A stretch of DNA of 64,000 nt from Candidatus Poribacteria bacterium (GTDB lineage: Bacteria; Poribacteria; WGA-4E; WGA-3G), in contig CAXXLX010000001.1 of the NCBI GenBank assembly GCA_963665235.2, positions 1,472,001-1,536,000 on the forward strand, in the 5' to 3' direction. Under the pieces are notes generated by a model, which saw nothing but the letters and a program-made list of their open reading frames with translations, did no database searches and was not told the DNA's origin. Positions 55,726 to 64,000 of this stretch are shown here, piece by piece. Each line of letters begins with the position of its first letter. The stretch's first letter is position 1. A program made the translations under genes and the position numbers.

Positions 55726-56637
55726 TTAACTCAACAGTGCCTTAAGCGCAGCATCAATCGTCGGATAGCGAAATTCGTAACCGCTCGCCTCAGTTTTCTC
55801 CGGTAGAACATTCTGGCTCAACATAACGAAATCCGCGAACTCCCCCATCATCAACTTCAAACCGAACGCTGGCACCGGAAACAGCGTCGGCCGCCGAAGC
55901 ACAGCCCCGAGTGTCTTTGTGAACTTAATATTTCTGACCGGTGTAGGCGCAGTCGCGTTCAACGCACCGCTTACCTCGTCATTTTCCAAAGCGTGCAGGA
56001 TAATACCCACCACGTCATCAACATGAATCCATGACATCCACTGTGTACCGCTGCCAAGTTTACCGCCGACTCCCATTTTAAAAGGCGGCAGAACTTGATT
56101 CAAAAGTCCCCCCCCTAAGCCGAGCACAAGTCCGATACGAACCGTGACGACCCGGGTGCCAAATTCGTTCGCTTTTAGTGCTTCGGTTTCCCATTCTTGG
56201 CAGGTTTCCGCGAGAAAATCGTTTCCGACAGGGGATTCCTCCGTGAAGGTATCCTCGCCGCTGTCGCCATAGTAGCCGATTGCCGAGGCACAGACGAGCA
56301 CATCCGGTTTAGTATCAGCCTCAGCGAACGAGGCAACGAGGTTACGGGTAGAGAGCACACGACTGTCGCGTATCCGCCGTTTTTTTTCTGCGTTCCATCT
56401 CCCTGCAATCGCTTCACCTGCCAGATGAATCACCGCTTGCACGTCTGATGTCGCTTCTGTGGGAAGCTGCTCCGTTTCAGGGCTCCACCGGTGGAAGGTT
56501 TCTGCTGAATTTAATGTCGTTTGTGCGCGGTCGGGGTTTCGAGACAAGACATGTACTGCATTTCCCTTTTCGTTGAGGGCATCACAGACACGAGTGCCGA
56601 TGAAACCTGTTCCCCCTGTGACCAATACATTTGCCAT
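55726..56637 (-). CDS. TIGR01777-family NAD-dependent epimerase (YfcH/SDR39U1)
   Basis: VTGGTGFIG, HLAGE, SAIGYYG, GSG.QWMSWIH. Confidence 0.92.
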   Translation of the reverse strand: MANVLVTGGTGFIGTRVCDALNEKGNAVHVLSRNPDRAQTTLNSAETFHRWSPETEQLPTEATSDVQAVIHLAGEAIAGRWNAEKKRRIRDSRVLSTRNLVASFAEADTKPDVLVCASAIGYYGDSGEDTFTEESPVGNDFLAETCQEWETEALKANEFGTRVVTVRIGLVLGLGGGLLNQVLPPFKMGVGGKLGSGTQWMSWIHVDDVVGIILHALENDEVSGALNATAPTPVRNIKFTKTLGAVLRRPTLFPVPAFGLKLMMGEFADFVMLSQNVLPEKTEASGYEFRYPTIDAALKALLS

Positions 56638-56657
56638 CGTTTTCCTCCATGATATTT

Positions 56658-57386
56658 CTATTTTGACAGTTCAGCGATAGCCGCTTCTAAGTGTCGATAA
56701 TCATCAATGACAGCATCGCTGAGTGTATCGTCTACCTCTGCATTATTGAATCCTGTGAAACGTATCGCCTTCATCCGTGCATTTTTTGCCCCGACGATAT
56801 CGGTTCGGTAAATATCACCGATATGGAGTGCTTCTGTCGGTTCAACGTTCAGCTCCTTTAAGGTGGAATGGAATTGCACCACTTCAGGCTTTGTGTGTTG
56901 CGTTTCATCGGAAAAAGTGAACGTTGTGAAGAATTGCAGGATACCGTCGCGTGCCATAAGTTTTCTTACAAAAGTGCCGGGTGTCAAGGCGGAGTCGGAG
57001 ATAATTCCCAGCGGATAGTTTTCGCTGAGCCGTGCCAACACCGGCTTAATATGCGGGATGAGGACTGGCGGGGACGCTAAGAACGCATTGCCAAGACACA
57101 CAACTAACGCATCGATATCGGTGTCCTGAAGGGGAAGTCCGAGTGTCTTAGCCAACCCTCTCATGCAGGTCTCCACCGAAATACCTTTATGTTCATACCA
57201 ATGAGACACCGTCAACTGATACGCCTCCTCAAGTCCATTTTCCACTTCGGTTAGTAGACAATCATATCCACGGTGCGTTAAGTAGGTATGGCACTGTTCT
57301 ATGCGTATAGCTTGACGTTTATGCCAATTCTCGTGAGAATCCGCATAAAGTGTTTGCCAAAAATCAAATGTAATTGCTTTAAGCAT
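56658..57386 (-). CDS. HAD-superfamily hydrolase
   Basis: FDFWQTL, KP, HIGD...DI.GA. Confidence 0.88.
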   Translation of the reverse strand: MLKAITFDFWQTLYADSHENWHKRQAIRIEQCHTYLTHRGYDCLLTEVENGLEEAYQLTVSHWYEHKGISVETCMRGLAKTLGLPLQDTDIDALVVCLGNAFLASPPVLIPHIKPVLARLSENYPLGIISDSALTPGTFVRKLMARDGILQFFTTFTFSDETQHTKPEVVQFHSTLKELNVEPTEALHIGDIYRTDIVGAKNARMKAIRFTGFNNAEVDDTLSDAVIDDYRHLEAAIAELSK

Positions 57387-57448
57387 TGAATTTCCTATTT
57401 TCGCAAAGATTTCAAGTAGCTTGTCTTTATGTCGAGCTGTTCTGTTTA

Positions 57449-57477
57449 ATTTTAGTTAATTTGTGTTCAAATGTCAA
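57449..57477 (-). promoter_or_regulatory. sigma70-type promoter for the HAD gene
   Basis: Minus strand TTGACA-N17-TAAAAT. Confidence 0.6.
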
Positions 57478-57490
57478 GAAATATATAAAG

Positions 57491-57890
57491 AGGGGTGTAA
57501 AGTTTTCGTACAAGTTGTTCCGTATTAGCCCAGTATGGGCATTATGTTTATAGCGTGACTTCTGCAGCGGAAACGAACAGGAAAATAGACCTAAATCTTA
57601 GAATCAATCGTCTTTATGTGCTTGTTGAGATGATTTCAGACGCTTTTTTCGTCTTTATGCGCCGTTTTGTGTCAGAAATCGGGGTTAGAAACCCCTTGCA
57701 GAAGAAGTCGAAACCATTAATTCGACTTGTGGGTAACAGCTAGCTTCTTAGCCCAGTATGGGCGTTATGTTTATAGAAGCAGGGGTTCTGCCTCTCCGCA
57801 AACAGGACTCTAATCAAAAAACTTGGATTGTTACACATCTTAAAATCCGCGAAATCCGTGTAATCCGCGATAATCCGCGATTTAGACAGA
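57491..57890. repeat. cluster of dispersed repeat fragments
   Basis: Solo TIR-like end at 57491 (matches 1141); REP-like copies at 57525 and 57747; AATCCG repeats at 57810-57890 matching 1009-1068 inverted. Confidence 0.6.
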
Positions 57891-58044
57891 AGAGAAACGG
57901 TGAAAAATCCGGTAACCCCGAGCATGCATTTTTTTTGAAGAAAATCTGGACAGTTCGCAACTAATAGAACAGAGAAAAGCTGGCGTGAAATCCGCTAGCG
58001 CCCCGGAATAGCTGCAGGTTGCTTTGCAAAAAACAGCGACAAAT

Positions 58045-58073
58045 TTGAAAAATGACTTTTTTTAAGGTATAAT
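58045..58073 (+). promoter_or_regulatory. sigma70-type promoter
   Basis: TTGAAA-N17-TATAAT. Confidence 0.55.
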
Positions 58074-58121
58074 ATTAACAGCCGATATGTTGACGCGTCA
58101 AAAATTTGTCCGGGAGGCATT

Positions 58122-59627
58122 ATGTTGCGTTGGAATCGTAGAATTACGCCGAGCTATCCGACCGGTCGGTTAATGCTTATCTTTTTTAGTGTCGGTGTAT
58201 GTATATTGATATTTGTGTTTGCTTACTATACACGCCAAATTTCTCAATTGAACGCCGATATAGAGGCACAGATACAAATTTTTGTGAACCTCGCTGTTGA
58301 ATTGCCGAGCATTGAGGACCGTGCGTTGCAAGAACGGCTGCTTCGGGTGATGAGACAGGAGCTCTTAGCGGAGGGGAGGTCGCGACGGTTTGCGTTCATC
58401 ATCACAGATGCGGATGGAAACGTGGAAATTTCACAGGGAATTGATACAAAATTGGACGCGAAAGTCAACGAAAATGACAGAATTCCGTTAACCCATGATG
58501 AGAAGGAGCTATTGAACACAACATTGGCGCGGATGAAAAAGAAAAATCAGCGTCGGAAAATACCGTTCCTTCGGGAAGACAGGAAGATTACAGGATACTT
58601 CTACTACGGGGATGTGGCACCGAGTGAAATGGCACAACTGCCTTTTGCAATAACCGATACGACGAAGACACCCCAGAAATGGCAGATGTGGGACGATGTT
58701 ATCACAGCAGAGACAGCGACTCCACAAGAACGGGAGCGTGCAGAAATTTTCGTCAAAAACACCGCCGCGTTCTCTGCAATTCAAACCACACCTGCTTGGC
58801 ATGAAGGGTATTTCTACTACGAAATAAAATCCTATTACGGATTATTGGTGACCCCGTTCGTATTATTTATCGTTTTGCTTAGTTTTGGGTTCGTCTGTTT
58901 TCTTATCTATTCACGGATAAAGTCTTATGAACATGCTGCAATTTGGGGCGGCTTAGCCAAAGAAACCGCGCATCAACTCGGCACCCCCATCTCTGCACTC
59001 CTCGCTTGGACAGAGCTGCTGGATGAACGGAGCCAGGAGACAGGGGATACAATTCTCGCGGAGCTCTCCAAAAATATGCAGAGCGACCTGAAACAGTTAC
59101 AGAAAACGACCGCACGATTCGGAATGATTGGTACACAGCCAGCAAAAACAGAGATACGTTTAGAAGATGTGCTCGCGGAAGTTCTAACCTATTTCGAGAA
59201 GCGGCTCCCACAAGTCAGCCGCAGTGTTGATATTCGCATCACACCCAGCGAGATACCACCGATTTTGGCAAACGCACATCTGCTACAGTGGGTGCTCGAA
59301 AATCTCATCCGCAATTCGCTGGACGCGATGGATAAACCAGAAGGGCACATTGAGATAAAACCGCGTTATGATGAACGGCGAAAACACGTCATCATTCAGT
59401 ATACTGACAACGGAAGTGGTATCCCTCGCGAAAATCAACGCATTATTTTTGAACCCGGGATGACTACCAAAGCACACGGATGGGGACTCGGTTTGACAGT
59501 AGTACAACGAATTATTAAGGAGTATCATCACGGAAACATACGGTTGGTCGAAAGTAATCCAGCAGGAACAACTTTTGAAATCCAACTCCCTTGCACCGCA
59601 ACAGAAGTAGCTCGCAAGTCCGTATGA
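58122..59627 (+). CDS. sensor histidine kinase
   Basis: Two TM helices; H-box ETAHQLGTP; N-box ENLIRNSLDA; DNGSG; F-box; GWGLGL. Confidence 0.93.
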   Translation: MLRWNRRITPSYPTGRLMLIFFSVGVCILIFVFAYYTRQISQLNADIEAQIQIFVNLAVELPSIEDRALQERLLRVMRQELLAEGRSRRFAFIITDADGNVEISQGIDTKLDAKVNENDRIPLTHDEKELLNTTLARMKKKNQRRKIPFLREDRKITGYFYYGDVAPSEMAQLPFAITDTTKTPQKWQMWDDVITAETATPQERERAEIFVKNTAAFSAIQTTPAWHEGYFYYEIKSYYGLLVTPFVLFIVLLSFGFVCFLIYSRIKSYEHAAIWGGLAKETAHQLGTPISALLAWTELLDERSQETGDTILAELSKNMQSDLKQLQKTTARFGMIGTQPAKTEIRLEDVLAEVLTYFEKRLPQVSRSVDIRITPSEIPPILANAHLLQWVLENLIRNSLDAMDKPEGHIEIKPRYDERRKHVIIQYTDNGSGIPRENQRIIFEPGMTTKAHGWGLGLTVVQRIIKEYHHGNIRLVESNPAGTTFEIQLPCTATEVARKSV

Positions 59628-59646
59628 TACCCCTTGGGGAACAGAT

Positions 59647-61218
59647 ATGCCAAAATCATATAACATTCTGTGGATAGACGATGAGATAGAAGCACTGCGG
59701 CCACACAGACACTTTTTAGAAAACCGCGGCTACCATGTCACACCCGCTACCAACGGTGATGATGGAATAGCACTGCTAAAGCAGCCTGACGTACAATACG
59801 ATGTCATTTTGCTTGACCAGGTTATGCCCGGAAAAGATGGTATGGCAACCCTTGACGGTATTCGCACTATCGACCGCCAGGTCCCCGTTATTCTTGTAAC
59901 ACAGACTAGTGATGACCGGTTTATCGATGTCGCCCTCGGCAAACAGGTGACGGATTTTCTCGTAAAACCTATCGGTGTTACACAGATTGCTTCAACCCTC
60001 AAACGGGTGCTTGAACAACAACAGATAGTAGAAACCCAAATACCGGGCCGCTACACGAACGATTTTAACACCATCAGGTCCCTGAAAGAGGCACAACCTA
60101 CGTGGCAAGACTGGCTTAACATTTACATCAAATTACTAGAATGGGATTTGGTTTCCGAGCGGCTGGTTGAGCAGGGATTAGAAGAAACACATTTGGCACA
60201 GAAAAAGGAGTGCAATACCGAATTCTCCGATTTTGTCGAAGCGAACTATCCGGACTGGGTGGCAGGCAGTGAAGATGCCCCCCCGCTTTCAGTCGGCGTA
60301 CTAGACCGGCATGTTGTCCCTTTACTACAGAAAGGGGTACCTGTCTACTTTATCGTTGTAGACTGTTTTCGACTCGATCATTGGATGGCGATAGAACCGT
60401 TGTTGTATCCCTATTTTTCTATTGACCGGCAGTACAATTTCTCTATTTTGCCGAGTGCCACGATGTACTCACGGAACGCGCTATTTAGTGGGCTCTATCC
60501 GGCAGAATTGGCAAAGGATTACCCCGAATATTGGCAGGAACGGTCAGAAGGTGACACCAGCACAAACCGATACGAACGGCAGATGCTTGAGGCGTTTTTA
60601 CAAAGACGAGGCATCACACTGAAACCGGGGATACAATACTTCAAAATTTTTGATACGCGGGGCGGAAATGAATACAAAAGACGTGTCGCAGCTGCACCGA
60701 AAATTAGTCTCGCGACACTCGTTGTTAACTTCATAGACATATTAACGCATCAGCGGTCACAATCGGAGGTGTTGCAACAGCTTGCCCCAGATGAGCCAGC
60801 TTTTCGGGCATTGGCGAGTTCTTGGTTTTCGCATTCTATCCTGTTTGACATTCTGCGCCTTATTGCTGCTCAGGGGGCTTTCGTCGTGCTCACAACGGAC
60901 CACGGCTCCGTATTCTGTAACAGGGCCACCCGTGCTTACGGCAATCGCGATACCACTACAAGTCTCCGGTTCAAAATCGGCAATAATCTGGCATGTGATG
61001 AGAACGAAGCGGTGTATATCCCGAACCCGCTTAAATATCAGTTGCCCGCCGAAACGGCGAGCAAAGATTATATTCTCGCAAAAGACGACTTCTATTTCGT
61101 CTATCCAAACGACTTTTATAAGTACAAGCGGCAGTTTCAGGGCGGATTTCAACACGGCGGCATTTCAATGGGAGAATTAATAACGCCTGTCGTGACACTA
61201 ACCCCACGCAATAGGTAG
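59647..61218 (+). CDS. PorX-like response regulator with a PglZ/alkaline-phosphatase domain
   Basis: REC domain (WIDDE, LDQVMPG, KP); VDCFRLD, ILPSAT.YSRNALFSG, TTDHG, FQHGGIS. Confidence 0.9.
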   Translation: MPKSYNILWIDDEIEALRPHRHFLENRGYHVTPATNGDDGIALLKQPDVQYDVILLDQVMPGKDGMATLDGIRTIDRQVPVILVTQTSDDRFIDVALGKQVTDFLVKPIGVTQIASTLKRVLEQQQIVETQIPGRYTNDFNTIRSLKEAQPTWQDWLNIYIKLLEWDLVSERLVEQGLEETHLAQKKECNTEFSDFVEANYPDWVAGSEDAPPLSVGVLDRHVVPLLQKGVPVYFIVVDCFRLDHWMAIEPLLYPYFSIDRQYNFSILPSATMYSRNALFSGLYPAELAKDYPEYWQERSEGDTSTNRYERQMLEAFLQRRGITLKPGIQYFKIFDTRGGNEYKRRVAAAPKISLATLVVNFIDILTHQRSQSEVLQQLAPDEPAFRALASSWFSHSILFDILRLIAAQGAFVVLTTDHGSVFCNRATRAYGNRDTTTSLRFKIGNNLACDENEAVYIPNPLKYQLPAETASKDYILAKDDFYFVYPNDFYKYKRQFQGGFQHGGISMGELITPVVTLTPRNR

Positions 61219-61471
61219 ACCGCTACTAGCAACGGCACTCCCTGAAATGCACTATTTTTAAGCATGAGAGGACACTGAAAAATTATAGCGCGCCATTCAC
61301 TATACCCAAAAACGCTCCGGACTTAGAGGACCCGCACGTGTTAAATCCGCCAACACGCCCGAACGGTGCCCGAATCCCATGCTATTAAGACACTGTCGCT
61401 TCTTGATATGACCGAATTCACTAACCGATATGCCTTGCATTCAAGAGGCATGATAGGAGGAAACACTGACA

Positions 61472-63022
61472 ATGGAAAAGGAGATACTTATTTCTGATGA
61501 TGAATATGAAAGCCGATGCGCTGTCCTTGAGAAGGGAGTACTCAATGAAATTTATATCGAACGAAAAGCGGCAAAACCGGTCCTCGGAAACCTCTATAAG
61601 GGAAGGGTCGAGAATGTTTTACCCGGCATGCAAGTCGCTTTTGTCGATATCGGTCTAGAGCGGCACGCTTTTTTACATATTTCAGACCTAAAATACAATG
61701 ATGGGACCGAAAACGGAAACGCGGATGATGGATTGCCGACTTTGGACTTGCAAGATAAATCGTCCCGGCAATCCCGAGGTGGCAGAGGCTTCCCTTTTTT
61801 GATAACCGACCTCATTTCAAAAAAGCAGGAGCTGCTCGTTCAGGTCGGAAAAGAACCGATAGGCAGTAAGGGTGCACGCGTTACAAGCAATATCACTCTG
61901 CCGGGACACTACGTTGTCTACCTGCCGAACTCATCCACTATCGGTGTCTCACGACGTATTGAATCCGCCAGCGAACGCGACCGACTTCGCGACCTTGCAC
62001 AAACATTGAAAGCGGATGTAGAAGGCGGTTTTATTATCCGAACCGCTGCAGAAGGTCTCAGCGAAGAAGAGTTCGCCTCTGAAATCCGATACCTAATTGA
62101 CCAATGGAAACAGACACGCGAACGGGCAAAACGGAAACCTGCCCCCAGCCTCGTCAGCAAAGATATCGGATTCACTAATCGAATCATTCGTGATCTGCTC
62201 AACAAAGATGTCAAAAAACTTCTTATCGATTCACAAGCCGAATATCAGGAAACACTTAACTATGTTTCGACCGTGATGCCTGACTTGCGAAATCGAGTCG
62301 CCCTTTACAAAGAGAAAACTACCCTCTTTGACGCTTATGGGGTAGAGGAAGAATTGAAGAAAGCACTCAGCGAAAAAATTTGGCTCAAGTGTGGTGGACA
62401 TATCATCATTCAGCAGACAGAAGCGATGGTGTCAATCGATGTCAACACTGGCGGCTTCGTCGGAAAGTCCGACCCGGATAACACAATCCTAAGTGCTAAC
62501 CTTGAGGCGGTAGAGGAGGTCGTCCGACAAATCCAATTACGCGATTTAGGCGGCATTATCGTCGTCGATTTTATTGACATGGACGAACCCGCACACCGAA
62601 AACGGGTGCTTAAGATGCTACAGGAAGCATTGCGTAAAGACCGAGCCCGTACTAATATCCTCCATTTCTCCGATTTGGGACTGGTGGAAATGACACGCCA
62701 ACGAACCCGAGCGAGTTTAGCAACCCTGCTCATGGAACAGTGCCCCTACTGTGATGGACACGGCACTATTCTCTCAATTGAAACTGTCGTCATCGGATTG
62801 TTCCGGGCAATAAAAGCAGCATACCAACAGACTCGCCAATCCGCGTTGCGCGTTATCGCTAACGACCACGTGATTTCACATCTCAACGCACAGATGTCCG
62901 CTAAATTCCGTGACCTCAAGCGGACGCTAAAGGTGGAATTGACACTTGAATCTGATGCTGACCTACATCTTGAAGATTATCGAATCTTCGCAGCCAACGG
63001 TGAGGAATTATTCCTGAGTTAA
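61472..63022 (+). CDS. rng: ribonuclease E/G family (RNase G-like)
   Basis: GNLYKGRV..VLPGMQ.AFVDIG, IDVNTG, GGIIVVDFIDM, CPYC. Confidence 0.92.
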   Translation: MEKEILISDDEYESRCAVLEKGVLNEIYIERKAAKPVLGNLYKGRVENVLPGMQVAFVDIGLERHAFLHISDLKYNDGTENGNADDGLPTLDLQDKSSRQSRGGRGFPFLITDLISKKQELLVQVGKEPIGSKGARVTSNITLPGHYVVYLPNSSTIGVSRRIESASERDRLRDLAQTLKADVEGGFIIRTAAEGLSEEEFASEIRYLIDQWKQTRERAKRKPAPSLVSKDIGFTNRIIRDLLNKDVKKLLIDSQAEYQETLNYVSTVMPDLRNRVALYKEKTTLFDAYGVEEELKKALSEKIWLKCGGHIIIQQTEAMVSIDVNTGGFVGKSDPDNTILSANLEAVEEVVRQIQLRDLGGIIVVDFIDMDEPAHRKRVLKMLQEALRKDRARTNILHFSDLGLVEMTRQRTRASLATLLMEQCPYCDGHGTILSIETVVIGLFRAIKAAYQQTRQSALRVIANDHVISHLNAQMSAKFRDLKRTLKVELTLESDADLHLEDYRIFAANGEELFLS

Positions 63023-63142
63023 CCTATACAATAGGATGCGTCATGGGGAAGTTCCCTGCGGAAACAGACCTATGACGCACCTACGTATCCCGATAGAGAA
63101 TGGATTAGTGCTACGAATCTGCTGTAAGAGAAGGAGTAACCG

Positions 63143-63874
63143 ATGCGAAGCCACGAAATAGATTACGAAATTTTTGGAAACGATATGCAAGTCGTCGAGA
63201 TTGAACTCGACCTAGACGAGACCATCATCGCGGAAGCCGGTGCTATGAACTGGATGGAGGACGACATCATCTTTGAGGCAAAGATGGGTGACGGCTCCAA
63301 AGGGGACGAAGGTTTGATGGGCAAACTTTTCAGTGCTGGCAAGCGAGCCCTCAGCGGTGAATCGCTATTTCTTACACATTTCACCAACACAAGCAGCCAC
63401 AAAAGACGGGTTGCATTTGCTGCCCCATACCCCGGTCATATTATCCCCATCGATTTGGCACAAATGGGCGGCGAACTCCTTTGCCAAAAAGATGCTTTCC
63501 TCTGCGCGGCCCTCGGGACTGAACTGAGCATCGCCTTCACGCGGAAATTAGGCGCGGGGTTTTTTGGCGGTGAAGGGTTTATCCTTCAAAATCTCCGTGG
63601 CGACGGCATGGCATTTGTACATGCAGGCGGGGCAGTCATCAAAAAGGAGCTCGTCAACGAGACGCTCCGAGTTGACACCGGGTGCCTTGTCGCCTTCTCT
63701 GCCAGCGTCGACTATAGCATTGAAATGAACAAAGGGTTAAAGTCAATGTTTTTCAGCGGTGAGGGGTTTTTTCTCGCAACCTTGAGGGGTACCGGCACCG
63801 TTTATCTCCAAAGCCTCCCCCTTTCAAGGCTTGCCGACCGCATCCTTGAACACGCCCCGGCCACGAGCAATTGA
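63143..63874 (+). CDS. TIGR00266/AIM24-family protein
   Basis: [30 protein letters not shown]. Confidence 0.92.
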   Translation: MRSHEIDYEIFGNDMQVVEIELDLDETIIAEAGAMNWMEDDIIFEAKMGDGSKGDEGLMGKLFSAGKRALSGESLFLTHFTNTSSHKRRVAFAAPYPGHIIPIDLAQMGGELLCQKDAFLCAALGTELSIAFTRKLGAGFFGGEGFILQNLRGDGMAFVHAGGAVIKKELVNETLRVDTGCLVAFSASVDYSIEMNKGLKSMFFSGEGFFLATLRGTGTVYLQSLPLSRLADRILEHAPATSN

Positions 63875-64000
63875 CAATGACTCTTTGGCAGTGGCTCATG
63901 TTATAGGTGTGTGCGATTGTTTTAATAAACGCAATGGCCACAGGGATTAAATTCTCTTATGCACTTATTTTTTACATGAGCCAAACCCTTTATTACAATG

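Noticed and set aside
59647-61218. BREX defence system (PglZ)
   Set aside because: The PglZ domain is fused to a receiver domain (PorX type), and no brxC, pglX or brxL genes are nearby.

Overview
A 64-kb bacterial chromosomal window of moderate GC. The gene content suggests Candidatus Poribacteria (inference): many secreted proteins end in a 'V.P..KL.TTWG.LK' motif, and there are LamG, PhyH, Gfo/Idh/MocA, TPR and WD40 proteins. The main accessory feature is a co-oriented cluster at ~3.3-14.2 kb. It holds six paralogous secreted beta-sandwich proteins with variable loops and the TTWG C-terminal tail, two paralogous Cys-containing exported proteins, a DUF1573-like protein, a carboxypeptidase-regulatory-like repeat protein, a CX4C rhodanese and a MauE/DoxX protein. 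It lies behind a consensus promoter with a structured ~220-nt leader. Upstream is a nest of mobile DNA: a decayed ISAs1 with a 10-bp target duplication, inserted in the end of a 641-bp non-autonomous element with an 8-bp duplication, which itself holds a MITE and REP-like hairpins. The rest is housekeeping and metabolic genes (uppS, rsgA, rnhC, thiI, waaF-like, E1-alpha, moeB, Rieske/cytochrome b, PorX-like regulator with a histidine kinase, RNase E/G). Unusual fusions include MNT-HEPN, trypsin-holin-like, sulfite reductase-HEPN-TusA, HigA-like-TPR and cytochrome b with a Cys-less cytochrome c'-like domain. No rRNA, tRNA, CRISPR array or cas gene was recognised. Several frameshifts may be sequencing or assembly errors. 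All family assignments come from motif recognition by eye, not database searches.
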